Shown here in pieces: positions 8,688-17,641 of a DNA stretch of 64,000 nucleotides. The position numbers and the translations under genes are program-made. Numbering within the stretch: position 1 is the first letter of the stretch; each line of letters starts with the position of its first letter. The notes below the pieces were generated by a model. The model saw nothing but the letters and a program-made list of their open reading frames with translations. It was not told the DNA's origin and ran no database searches. The stretch is from a virus: IMG/VR virus record IMGVR_UViG_3300042901_002277. One strand, written 5' to 3'.

Positions 8688-9146
8688 TTATCGCCCTTCC
8701 CATAGCAGGTCTGTTTTTATATACACGACAATTCGTTTCACTCCGAACCCGAATAGAACTCCATAAAACAAGACAAAGAAAATTAGCGGATTTGTTGGGA
8801 CATTGTTTCGTAAAAAAGATGTATGTTCACCATAACCATAGATTGCTTCCATAGTTCTGTTGTACGAGATGTAGTAACCATAGGAATAGTCTCGTTCATT
8901 GTACAGAACCTCAGTGCATTGCTCCCCAGTTCCGTATGTTTCTCCACATACCTCTCCGAATACAGGCGTTGCGTTCGGATTGTAGTCCTCATTTACTACC
9001 CATTCGGTGTCAAACATTTTGTCCACAGTGAAAGTGGAAATACTGATTACGCCAAACAAACAAGCAACACAGACCACTGCTAAAGGTATGGATTTTCTTA
9101 CTAGTGGTATTTGTTTCTTTGCTGTTCGGTAGATGTTTTCGTTCAT
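8688..9146 (-). CDS. membrane protein (2 TM)
   Basis: 152 aa, two hydrophobic stretches; promoter 9187. Confidence 0.6.
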   Translation of the reverse strand: MNENIYRTAKKQIPLVRKSIPLAVVCVACLFGVISISTFTVDKMFDTEWVVNEDYNPNATPVFGEVCGETYGTGEQCTEVLYNERDYSYGYYISYNRTMEAIYGYGEHTSFLRNNVPTNPLIFFVLFYGVLFGFGVKRIVVYIKTDLLWEGR

Positions 9147-9298
9147 TGCTCTCCCTTTCAGTAGGTAACTAAATCATATCCGAGCCAATACCAAATTTCA
9201 ACGACCCCAAGGCGGGGCTATTTCGAGTTAGCGTGCAATTTGGAAATCTGGTATCACGGATAGTACGATTTACTTGTCCACGAGAAAAGGGGAAAGAA

Positions 9299-9421
9299 AT
9301 GAAAGTATCATCACACACGAAAACTAAGTGCGTAGAGTGCGGTCGGGTATTTGACCTGCTAGACGAGGAACAGGCAAATGAGTTTTTCTACGGTCACGAT
9401 TGCGAAGAGGGGGGTGAATAA
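9299..9421 (+). CDS. small Zn-finger protein
   Basis: MKVSSHTKTKCVECGR...GHDC; RBS; promoter 9239. Confidence 0.6.
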   Translation: MKVSSHTKTKCVECGRVFDLLDEEQANEFFYGHDCEEGGE

Positions 9422-9588
9422 TGAGCAAGAACATTATCTGCCCTACTTGTAGTGGCTTTATTCCGAACGGACATACGCCAGGTATGTACCCAGGTGCTAT
9501 TTCACGTAAAGACAACAAAACAGAGATTTGTTCGCAATGCGGTGAAGATGAGGCAATGGAAGATTTTTTCCGTATGATGAGCAAATGA
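9421..9588 (+). CDS. small Zn-finger protein
   Basis: Hand-translated CPTC...PGAISRKDNKTEICSQCG. Confidence 0.6.
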   Translation: MSKNIICPTCSGFIPNGHTPGMYPGAISRKDNKTEICSQCGEDEAMEDFFRMMSK

Positions 9589-9956
9589 GCGAAACACCTA
9601 ACAAGCCACAAGACATATTCGTAGGCAACACTTACGAGCAATGGAAAGAAATCGGCGAACAGCGAAACTGGGAAAGCGGGGCTAAAAGCGCAACTCGGCA
9701 GGAAATACAGGAAGCACTAGAGGAGTTAGGTGAAACTACCTTGCTTATGGACGGGTTTGACGAAGCCTTTATTGGTTGGTCACGCCGTATCAATGAGCCA
9801 CTACTCGCCGTCTATTCATATGACGCACTAATCAAGGTTTGTGTTGAGCGAGACGGTATGGATTTTGAGGAAGCCGTTGAGTATGTGGACTACAATGTCG
9901 TAGGTGCTTGGATTGGCGAACAGACACCAATAATCGTTATGCCCTTTATCCACTAA
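9585..9956 (+). CDS. conserved phage hypothetical protein
   Basis: DGFDEAFIG...EYVDYNVVGAWIGEQTP motif. Confidence 0.75.
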   Translation: MSETPNKPQDIFVGNTYEQWKEIGEQRNWESGAKSATRQEIQEALEELGETTLLMDGFDEAFIGWSRRINEPLLAVYSYDALIKVCVERDGMDFEEAVEYVDYNVVGAWIGEQTPIIVMPFIH

Positions 9957-9974
9957 TTTACTATCGGAGAAAAA

Positions 9975-10292
9975 GTGACATCAGTAGCAGTGAGAGTAAG
10001 CGCACCACCGAGAGGCGATTTGCCTTGTACTGGCAGGCAAGATTTGTTTTATGGCAAGTACGCCGAAAGACCTGAAGCACGATTGCGCCGTGAAGAAAAA
10101 GCCAAAAAAGTTTGCGCTACTTGTTCGCAGGCGACTACCTGCCGTGATTACGCCCGTAGTAATGGCGAAGTGTTTGGTATTTGGGGCGGAGAAACAGAAA
10201 TGGAGAGATATAGCGCAGGATTTATGTTGTCAGTACCACCCCACCTGTCACGGAGAGTTGTTACTATGAAAGAAAGATATGGGAACTTATAA
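9975..10292 (+). CDS. whiB: WhiB family transcription factor
   Basis: C...AKKVCATC-x4-C...GIWGG. Confidence 0.9.
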   Translation: MTSVAVRVSAPPRGDLPCTGRQDLFYGKYAERPEARLRREEKAKKVCATCSQATTCRDYARSNGEVFGIWGGETEMERYSAGFMLSVPPHLSRRVVTMKERYGNL

Positions 10293-10503
10293 CGATTTCC
10301 TCGCCACGATTTCTATTTACTACGAGACACAACTTGTAGCAGGTGGCGATTTGCGCTATGGACAAATGTATATGAGCCATCTTTGGGAAGTAAAGCCCCG
10401 CATAGCAGAGAAGCTAAGCAACTCTTTACTTGACCCATTTCATAGAGACAACTGCCCACCTAAAGTACACGAGTTTGTGGAAAGTCTTTGGTCTAGCGAA
10501 TAG
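10279..10503 (+). CDS. hypothetical protein
   Basis: RYGQ...DPFH motif common in phage proteins. Confidence 0.6.
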   Translation: MGTYNDFLATISIYYETQLVAGGDLRYGQMYMSHLWEVKPRIAEKLSNSLLDPFHRDNCPPKVHEFVESLWSSE

Positions 10504-10642
10504 GACAGCAAGACGAGCGACGAGGTTTCTGAATAACCCGTGAAGGCTTTGGTTCAGCCTCTTTTTTCTTCTTTTTTTCGTCATCAGCCATACAACAAGA
10601 ATACACCTTGTGTTTGGAGCTGAGCCCCGCTAACATTTCGGT

Positions 10643-10840
10643 ATGAGTATGCCCCCACTTTATACCTGCATCGTTTGCAACGGCGCAATTGACCCGAACT
10701 CGTCGCAGTCCTTGAGACTGGCAACGGTGTGGCTAAAGAGCAGTGGGAAGACAGTCCACGCAGTAGAGACAGAGATGTATCGCTATAGGCACGGCTTTTG
10801 TAGTCTCGGACCCAACTTTGAGCAGGACAGTTTGTTCTAG
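10643..10840 (+). CDS. small Zn-binding protein
   Basis: CxxC...HxxC. Confidence 0.5.
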   Translation: MSMPPLYTCIVCNGAIDPNSSQSLRLATVWLKSSGKTVHAVETEMYRYRHGFCSLGPNFEQDSLF

Positions 10841-11079
10841 CCAAGCCTCATTGCGCCAATTGTTTGGTTAGTTTCACCAAGTGTCTTGCCAGCCGTATTG
10901 TTTGTGACGGCAACCCGAGCGTCAAGGTTATTGAGTATGACCTGAACTTGGTCAAGTTTCCGATTTATTTCCTCAACCGAGTTCATTACCGACTTCATTG
11001 CTTGTTCTAAAGATGCTTCTATTTCCATATCGCCTAGCCTAGCAAGTATGATGAGCAAGTGCGACTTTACCTTGACCAC
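10837..11079 (-). CDS. coiled-coil hypothetical protein (start uncertain)
   Basis: Heptad pattern; probable start MEIEAS. Confidence 0.4.
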   Translation of the reverse strand: MVKVKSHLLIILARLGDMEIEASLEQAMKSVMNSVEEINRKLDQVQVILNNLDARVAVTNNTAGKTLGETNQTIGAMRLG

Positions 11080-12981
11080 GACTTATTAGCCCTTGACTTT
11101 CCGTATGACCCAGCACAAGTTGCTGAAGTCAAGTCAATAGCCGGGGCTACATGGGACAAGGTGGACAAACTTTGGAAAGCACCCGTAGCCTCAATTGACG
11201 AGGTGCGAGCATTTGCTATGAAGCATGAGTTTCAGATAACAGACGAAGTGCTTAGGTTTACAGCCCCAAAGAGAGCGTCACGAAAAGGCGTTTATCTCAA
11301 AGGCGACTGGACTTACATCCAATTCCCTTACGACAAGGTTGTGCTCAAAGCAGTAAAGCAAATAGCAGGGGTTACTTGGGATAACAAAGAGATGGCATGG
11401 AGAGCGCCACTCACCTCAACATCTGAAGCAATTGCGTGGGCTAACTCGTTTGGGGTGCTTGTATCGCCCGAAGTACACGGTGTATCTGCCTCGATAACCA
11501 AGAAACTAGATGAACTAAAGGAAGCCTCACGCTCAACTGACGCTGATATAGAAGTGCCTTCACTACAAGGAACGTTATTGCCTTACCAAAGAGCAGGCGT
11601 GGAGTATGCGTCTAAAGCCCGTAGAAGTTTTATCGCTGACGAGATGGGACTTGGAAAGACGATACAAGCGATAGCGACACTGGAATATTCGTCAAAAGAT
11701 AGCGAAGTGTACCCAGCAGTAATTGTCTGCCCCCCTTCACTTGTACTCAACTGGAAGTCAGAGTGGAACAGATGGTTGCCTAACAGGAGGGTTGCCGTTG
11801 TGACCAACCGTAGAGACATGCCAGAGCCCCGTTCGTATGATGTGCTCGTTGTCGGCTACTCAAACATCTCTCACTGGGAAAAGCAACTACTTGCGCATAA
11901 CTCTTATGTATTTGATGAGAGTCACTACGCAAAAAGCCCAACGGCACAACGTACTAAGTCGGCTATAAAGATGGCAAAGAGCGCACCTAAACACGGGATA
12001 GTCCTATGCCTCACTGGGACACCCGTAACGAATAGACCAGCAGAGTACGCCAGCCAACTAGACATAATCGGGAAACTGAAAGAGTTTGGTGGGTTGTGGG
12101 GATTTTATAGAAGGTATTGTTCAGCCTTCCAAGATAGGTTCGGTCAATGGAATATCAGCGGTCACTCGCACCTTGATGAACTAAACGACAGGCTTCGTGG
12201 TACTTGCTATATAAGACGAACTAAGTCGCAGGTACTTACAGAACTCCCACCGGTTATACACAGCACCCTTGTTGTTCAGGGAACTGATGCGGGGCTCAAG
12301 GAGTATCGTAAGGCAGAACAAGACATAATAAAGTACATAACCGACAGAGCAAAAGAGATAGCAATAGAACTCGGGGAGAGCCCGTACTCGGCAGCCGTTG
12401 TGGCGAGAATAAAAGCAGAAAGCAACGAACACCTCGTCAAACTGTCAGTACTTAGACGGCTTGCTGCGAAAGCCAAAATGCCAATGGTTGAGGAGTGGGT
12501 GCAGTCACGCATTGATGATGGCAAGAAAGTCGTAATCGCAGCGCACCATAGAGACGTTGTAGATGAACTCGCACGAAAGTTTGGCAACCTTCGCATTCAG
12601 GGCGGCATGTCGGTTGAGGAAGTGGAAGCACAAAAGGCACGCTTTCAGAACGAACCCGTAGAGACAGCGCCCGTCATTGTGTTGTCTATTCAGGCAGCCA
12701 AGACTGGTCACACACTCACAGCCTCACAAGACATACTTTTCGTAGAACTTCCGTACACGCCAGCAGACCTAGACCAAACTTATTCACGCCTTCATCGCAT
12801 TGGTCAGACTGGAAGCGTTACGACTACTTACATGCTGGTTGACGGGACTATTGACGAGGAAATCTATGCGCTCATAGAAAAGAAGCGCAAGGTAGTGAAC
12901 GCTTCGGTTGAGGGGGGAGAGTTCGCAGCAGGTGGTAACGCAACGCAGTTGGTACTTGACTTGCTCAACAGACATCGATAG
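11059..12981 (+). CDS. SNF2-family (HARP/SMARCAL1-like) helicase
   Basis: ADEMGLGKT, DESH, TGTP, SRLHRIGQ; two N-terminal HARP-like repeats; leaderless (TATGAT 6 nt before GTG). Confidence 0.92.
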   Translation: MRLYLDHDLLALDFPYDPAQVAEVKSIAGATWDKVDKLWKAPVASIDEVRAFAMKHEFQITDEVLRFTAPKRASRKGVYLKGDWTYIQFPYDKVVLKAVKQIAGVTWDNKEMAWRAPLTSTSEAIAWANSFGVLVSPEVHGVSASITKKLDELKEASRSTDADIEVPSLQGTLLPYQRAGVEYASKARRSFIADEMGLGKTIQAIATLEYSSKDSEVYPAVIVCPPSLVLNWKSEWNRWLPNRRVAVVTNRRDMPEPRSYDVLVVGYSNISHWEKQLLAHNSYVFDESHYAKSPTAQRTKSAIKMAKSAPKHGIVLCLTGTPVTNRPAEYASQLDIIGKLKEFGGLWGFYRRYCSAFQDRFGQWNISGHSHLDELNDRLRGTCYIRRTKSQVLTELPPVIHSTLVVQGTDAGLKEYRKAEQDIIKYITDRAKEIAIELGESPYSAAVVARIKAESNEHLVKLSVLRRLAAKAKMPMVEEWVQSRIDDGKKVVIAAHHRDVVDELARKFGNLRIQGGMSVEEVEAQKARFQNEPVETAPVIVLSIQAAKTGHTLTASQDILFVELPYTPADLDQTYSRLHRIGQTGSVTTTYMLVDGTIDEEIYALIEKKRKVVNASVEGGEFAAGGNATQLVLDLLNRHR

Positions 12982-13031
12982 CCCCGGCCTATCGTTTTAG
13001 AAATTTGGTATTTGGCTTGCTAAGCTTGCGT

Positions 13032-13248
13032 TGCCGCAAGGCACGAAGCGAAAGGGGCAAAAGAAACTAGGTATTCCTCCTGCAGGGGGCTTTATTAACG
13101 AAGTCGGCATGGCGACCGACAGGCCTAGGTTCTCCCTCTAGCCGAGAGAAGGCAAGGATACGCGAGGTGGCGTGTGTACACACGGCAGCCAAAAGGCAGT
13201 GCCCGAAAGGGACGCTTGAACCATCTCGCTAAGTCCTTGCTCTTTTTT
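13032..13248 (+). ncRNA. highly structured ~215-nt non-coding RNA candidate
   Basis: Own conserved promoter (12995, -10 TAAGCT at 13021), no credible ORF, nested helices, GNRA loops, terminal U6. Confidence 0.7.
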
Positions 13249-13265
13249 CGGTTTTGTGGCGGGGC

Positions 13266-13688
13266 TTACTCGGCTTCTTTGGTTGGGACTCTGCCCATCA
13301 GTTCGTCAGCAATTAGTTTTGCGTACTTTCTGCGCAGTTTCCAGACTTTTTGGTTCATTTCAGCCATTGCGTCAGTCGTTCGTGCCTTCTTTATGCTGTC
13401 GCTGTCAAACACGCCGTACTTCTTGAACAAGATGTCGTCAATGTCATTGTTTTCTATCATTATGTCCGTAATCCAATGGCCCCGCTTGTCAATGCTAAGC
13501 AGAAGTTCGCAAAGACCTTCAAATCCGAACTCGTTATAGACACGATTGGTAACTAAGTCACAGAAATGCGCACGATACATCGTTTCTGCTTCAGCGGTGT
13601 GGCTCATAAACTCACTCAGCCATACGGCAAGCTCTTCTTTTGACGGAATATCGCCGTCTTCACTGTCAAACTCAAAGTCGTCTTCCAT
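13266..13688 (-). CDS. hypothetical protein
   Basis: 140 aa ORF with RBS. Confidence 0.65.
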   Translation of the reverse strand: MEDDFEFDSEDGDIPSKEELAVWLSEFMSHTAEAETMYRAHFCDLVTNRVYNEFGFEGLCELLLSIDKRGHWITDIMIENNDIDDILFKKYGVFDSDSIKKARTTDAMAEMNQKVWKLRRKYAKLIADELMGRVPTKEAE

Positions 13689-13744
13689 TAGCCTGCCTTC
13701 CGTTACGCCGGGGCTCTAGTAATCAATGATACTTGTGCTAACTG

Positions 13745-14770
13745 TCAAGCCAGCGACAGAATAACTTCCTGCGCTAATACTTTCTTTTGCGTAACCCACG
13801 AGTTGTTGTTCATTGAGGCAAGCGCCCGTTCATCAGCCTTAGCGTCACGATAATGGTCTAGGTACTCGGCGATTGCGTTGTAAGCACTCCACCCGTTGTA
13901 CCCGTAGCCACCTGCATTTCGTTCGTTGTCGTACACTCCACGAACCAATGCCACTACTCCGTCACGATTTTTCTTTTGTCTCTCCGTACCGTTCATTTCG
14001 TTCGGGAATACCTTGTCAAGTATCGTGGCGAGTTGCGCACTTCGCGGTGGAACGTTGATAGCAAGCAACCGGTTGGCTGTAAGTTGGAACGACTTAGCCC
14101 ACTCTGTTGATATTTCTAGGACTTTTTGCGCTTCCTCAATGGCGTTATCAGCGTTACGAGTGTGTCGTGCCGTGAATACCCTACGGGCAGACGATTGACC
14201 TGCGATTACCGTGTTTTTGCATACTGCTCGTATCGAGGTATTAGCAAAGGTGATAGCCGTCTTACCGTCGTGACCATTGCGAACCAGTAGGTAACGGTCT
14301 ATCTTGTCATTGATACCGGTTGGGTCTATGACGAGTTGCCCCAAGTCAAGGGAACTAAAGAACTCTCTGCCTTCGTCAAGTACGCCACAAGTGTCTACAA
14401 CTGCGTCACCCTTAGAAGCGCCGACTATTGCAAGTGCGTAGTCCAAGCACTCACGGTTTTGCTGTACGACATAGCGTGTGCCTACCGTAGCCAGCCCGTC
14501 AAAGGTGCCATCAGGGTTCACTCTCACGGTTGCTCGGCTGTCCTCAATAACGATTGGCGTGCCATCAGGGTTTCTGATTAGGTTGCCATCAGTATCAACG
14601 ACTGCGACTTTAGTAGTGACGACATCAAAGTCTGCTTGCGCCGCCTGAAGCATTGCCTCTGCTGTCTGTAGTCCCTTCATAGGAACTCCTAGACGATGCC
14701 ACGGCACTTCACGGTCTGCGTAAGCCATTTTCGCTACGCCCTTAGTGTCTACCTCTAACCCGTGTGCCAT
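13745..14770 (-). CDS. DUF932 / TIGR03299 phage-plasmid protein
   Basis: MAHGL...PWHRLG, YxVxQN, NGHDG, RAVCKNT, WSAYNAIAEYLDH. Confidence 0.88.
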   Translation of the reverse strand: MAHGLEVDTKGVAKMAYADREVPWHRLGVPMKGLQTAEAMLQAAQADFDVVTTKVAVVDTDGNLIRNPDGTPIVIEDSRATVRVNPDGTFDGLATVGTRYVVQQNRECLDYALAIVGASKGDAVVDTCGVLDEGREFFSSLDLGQLVIDPTGINDKIDRYLLVRNGHDGKTAITFANTSIRAVCKNTVIAGQSSARRVFTARHTRNADNAIEEAQKVLEISTEWAKSFQLTANRLLAINVPPRSAQLATILDKVFPNEMNGTERQKKNRDGVVALVRGVYDNERNAGGYGYNGWSAYNAIAEYLDHYRDAKADERALASMNNNSWVTQKKVLAQEVILSLA

Positions 14771-14870
14771 TTTCGTCTTGCCTTCCTATGCCTCTAGTTA
14801 GATTTATCTAAAGGCAAGCATACACTCTGCCCTCTTACCGCTAGAGCAAGTGGCTATAAGCCCCGGCTTT

Positions 14871-15149
14871 TCACTTCGCTTTGTCGTCTACGAATTCGGT
14901 ATAAGCCTTCACCGCTTCATCGGGTGCGCCGTCTACTAGGTACTGATACATAACGCCTGCGAGGTCACGCCACTTACCGTCACTAAGTATCTTTTCAGTA
15001 ATTGTGTAGCCTTCGTGTTCGGTTGCCCAACTAATTGAGTGGGGCTGTAACTTGTGTAGGTGCGCTACTGCTTCGTAGTAAGTGCTGAAACTCTCAAGCA
15101 CTGCGCCGTCTCTCGCTACTTCGTAACTAATCTGCGCTTCTGTGTTCAC
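14871..15149 (-). CDS. hypothetical protein
   Basis: Coupled to upstream ORF. Confidence 0.55.
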   Translation of the reverse strand: MNTEAQISYEVARDGAVLESFSTYYEAVAHLHKLQPHSISWATEHEGYTITEKILSDGKWRDLAGVMYQYLVDGAPDEAVKAYTEFVDDKAK

Positions 15150-15418
15150 TTGTCAAACCTCACTTCTTGGGATACTTGGATAACTTGTCCGTACTTGGCT
15201 ACTAGGTCATCAGTCGCTTTCAGTGTGTTGCCGTGACACCACTTGACTGCTAAGCCACTTAGGGTATCGCCTTCCTGAACGATTACTCGGTCAATATCAC
15301 AACGATAATTTTCATCACCTCGCATTGAGATAATCATTGCGATAATCGTCACGAGGAATACGAGTGGGAGTGTAATCAGGTCACGCTTGCTTGGTCGGTT
15401 TGTGTAGTGGTTGTTCAT
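15146..15418 (-). CDS. membrane-anchored LysM-domain protein
   Basis: TM + VQEGDTLSGLA; paralog of 8350..8682. Confidence 0.7.
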   Translation of the reverse strand: MNNHYTNRPSKRDLITLPLVFLVTIIAMIISMRGDENYRCDIDRVIVQEGDTLSGLAVKWCHGNTLKATDDLVAKYGQVIQVSQEVRFDK

Positions 15419-15446
15419 TGTCTGCCCCTTTCAGTAGGTACTAATT

Positions 15447-15475
15447 ACATTAGGGTAGTTTGTGACAAAGGTCAA
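15447..15475 (-). promoter_or_regulatory. canonical sigma70/SigA promoter
   Basis: TTGACC-17 nt-TAATGT. Confidence 0.6.
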
Positions 15476-15629
15476 GGATTTCCGAGCCTTATGGGCATTG
15501 GGTTATACCCGTAGGGCTACCCGTAGGCACTGCGCCAACCTCATAAGCATTTGTAGGTGGCAAGGTGAGTGTGCTACCACCACCTATGCCGGGGCTTCGA
15601 GCTGTGTTGTTCTCGGCTTTGGGGTTAGG

Positions 15630-16418
15630 TTACTTCTTGACGGTGCGCTTCTTTGGTGGCGACTTCTTTTTGACTGACTTCTTTGGCGCTACCTTCACTG
15701 GCGCTAGCGATATGGATACGCCTGCGCTCGCTACTACTGGGATAGTGGTTGTGGTAGTGGTCGCTGGCTCGGTTGCTACTGGCTCACTCTCTACTACTGG
15801 CTCGCTCGCTGTCACTGGCTCGGCTGTCTCGGATATGGGTGCTGTCGTAGTGGTGGTAGTAGGGCTAGTCGTAGTCGTAGTGGTTGTCGTAGTCACTGGG
15901 ATAGTCGTAGTCGTAGTAGTTGTGGTCGTTGTAGGCGTAGTTGTAGTTGTGGTCGTAGGTATCACTCTGTTTACTGTTCCGTCACAGGCGATAGCACAGT
16001 CTCCATTAGTGACTACTGGGTTACTACTTGCGCCAATCAACTGATACACAGCACTACGGGCGAGGGCGATATCTATTCCGTCACGCCATAGGGCAAGCAT
16101 AAAGTTGGGGCGATAGCCGTTGCCACCTGAACCACTGCCAATTCCAACGCCGACATACTCACACACTGCGAACCATTGGTGCGCTTTCGCTATGGCGATA
16201 CCTAGCGAACGGTGACCACCATTGGAATAGGTGACTAGACGCTCAAACGCTTCAGTGCCTACTTCGGTGTCAATAATTGTTAGTAGTGTCGGTTGTTGTG
16301 ACGAGGGTGCTTCTATCGGTTCAGTACACTCGCTTGCCTTCGCTTCGGTGATAGTGACAAGGGGTAGCGATAGCGATAGGGCTAGGGCTAATGCTGTAAG
16401 TGTTCGTGTTCGCTTCAT
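15630..16418 (-). CDS. secreted Thr-rich protein
   Basis: Signal peptide, poly-Thr linker, Lys-rich tail. Confidence 0.7.
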   Translation of the reverse strand: MKRTRTLTALALALSLSLPLVTITEAKASECTEPIEAPSSQQPTLLTIIDTEVGTEAFERLVTYSNGGHRSLGIAIAKAHQWFAVCEYVGVGIGSGSGGNGYRPNFMLALWRDGIDIALARSAVYQLIGASSNPVVTNGDCAIACDGTVNRVIPTTTTTTTPTTTTTTTTTTIPVTTTTTTTTTSPTTTTTTAPISETAEPVTASEPVVESEPVATEPATTTTTTIPVVASAGVSISLAPVKVAPKKSVKKKSPPKKRTVKK

Positions 16419-16475
16419 AGTAACTCTCTCTCGGTACGGGCTACCCGTAAGGCTACCCGTGGCATTGGAATTTTT

Positions 16476-16832
16476 TCACTTTTTTTCGCTTATCCACTCA
16501 CCACCACTAGCGAACACTGTCTCTCCCTCATTGGTGAAACTCCAAGCGTAATCGCAACAAGGCTTCTGCTGATAGGGGCTAGGGTGTGCGCCTTTCTCTA
16601 ATGACTTCGCTAGTAGTGGAAATGTCTCTAGTAACTTGACGATACAAGCGTGGCACATATTCCACGATTTAGGTTCACTATCAGACATTAGAAACTCAAG
16701 GTTGTCGGTGAAACCACCATAGAAACCAAACGCTTCATAGGGCAAGCACCAACCACTGTCTAGTGTTGTTGCTGTCGGGTGACTTGTCTTGCTCACTTCG
16801 CCACAAGCGTCACACTTCACTGCGTTGCTCAT
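16476..16832 (-). CDS. Cys-rich hypothetical protein
   Basis: CxxC pairs. Confidence 0.6.
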   Translation of the reverse strand: MSNAVKCDACGEVSKTSHPTATTLDSGWCLPYEAFGFYGGFTDNLEFLMSDSEPKSWNMCHACIVKLLETFPLLAKSLEKGAHPSPYQQKPCCDYAWSFTNEGETVFASGGEWISEKK

Positions 16833-17122
16833 AGTGCGTACTCTCCACGCTTACGGCGATAGTGCGATACGAATTCGTCACTGTCATAGTCACAAGGTGA
16901 CCACACTATGTCGGCTTCACTAAAGGTATGGTCAAGGTGCAGACGGACTATCACATAGTCAAAGGCGTCGTATGCGTTGTCAGCGATGAACCTGATGCAA
17001 CCTACGAGGGTAGAGCGATACTCAAAGTGTTCAGGTAAGTCATAGCGACACATACTCCAAGCGTCACCATACGAGGGACACTCAACCACTGCGTACCTGC
17101 GTCGGTCTTTCTCGATAGTCAT
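16829..17122 (-). CDS. hypothetical protein, leaderless
   Basis: ATG of MTIEKD 6 nt after -10 of promoter 17143. Confidence 0.6.
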   Translation of the reverse strand: MTIEKDRRRYAVVECPSYGDAWSMCRYDLPEHFEYRSTLVGCIRFIADNAYDAFDYVIVRLHLDHTFSEADIVWSPCDYDSDEFVSHYRRKRGEYAL

Positions 17123-17270
17123 AGGGCAAGTGTACCTAGTGTGATACCAAATTTCCAAAGACGGACTACCCGTATGTCACCCGTGCGCCTTGCGTCAGTC
17201 ATACTCTCTCAACTTCAGTGCGACATAGATGAGGGCGACACCTGCTAGGCACATCAACTCAAGCGCTGCC

Positions 17271-17459
17271 TCACCGCTCATCGTCACTTCCTAGCGTGAA
17301 CTTAGGCATAACGAATAGCGTGTTGCCCATGCGGTAGGCGTTACGGCTTGCGTTGTACTGTGCGTCAGGGAATAGACGAACTAAGTCGATGGCTGTCAGT
17401 GGCGTGTCGCTTAGGTGAACGACATGACGTAGGTGCTTCACTGCGACTACCTCAACCAA
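17271..17459 (-). CDS. hypothetical protein
   Basis: ORF track. Confidence 0.45.
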   Translation of the reverse strand: MVEVVAVKHLRHVVHLSDTPLTAIDLVRLFPDAQYNASRNAYRMGNTLFVMPKFTLGSDDER

Positions 17460-17641
17460 GTTGGGTCGAGCTTTTTTGTGACCTCTAACGAATACATTGC
17501 TTCACGCTCTGACACGACTACTTCGTGAGAGTGCTTTGCTTTGTCACGAATGTTCTGTGCGACTTCATTCGCTTTCTGCTCTGTCTCGTAGAACCCTGCG
17601 ACGTCGTTTCTGTTAGGTCGAAGAATGGTTACTTGATACAT
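17447..17641 (-). CDS. hypothetical protein
   Basis: RBS GAAAGGGG, promoter 17683. Confidence 0.6.
   Translation of the reverse strand: MYQVTILRPNRNDVAGFYETEQKANEVAQNIRDKAKHSHEVVVSEREAMYSLEVTKKLDPTWLR

Noticed and set aside
153-9255. 18-bp repeat as a CRISPR array
   Set aside because: Spacing is irregular (hundreds of bp to over 1 kb), intervals hold genes, a -10 box sits at a fixed distance, and there are no cas genes
13174-13539. 121-aa + strand ORF explaining the 13.0-13.25 kb region
   Set aside because: No RBS, crosses the U-tract, and is antisense to 13266..13688
15565-16044. Poly-Val membrane ORF on + strand
   Set aside because: Antisense shadow of the poly-Thr gene
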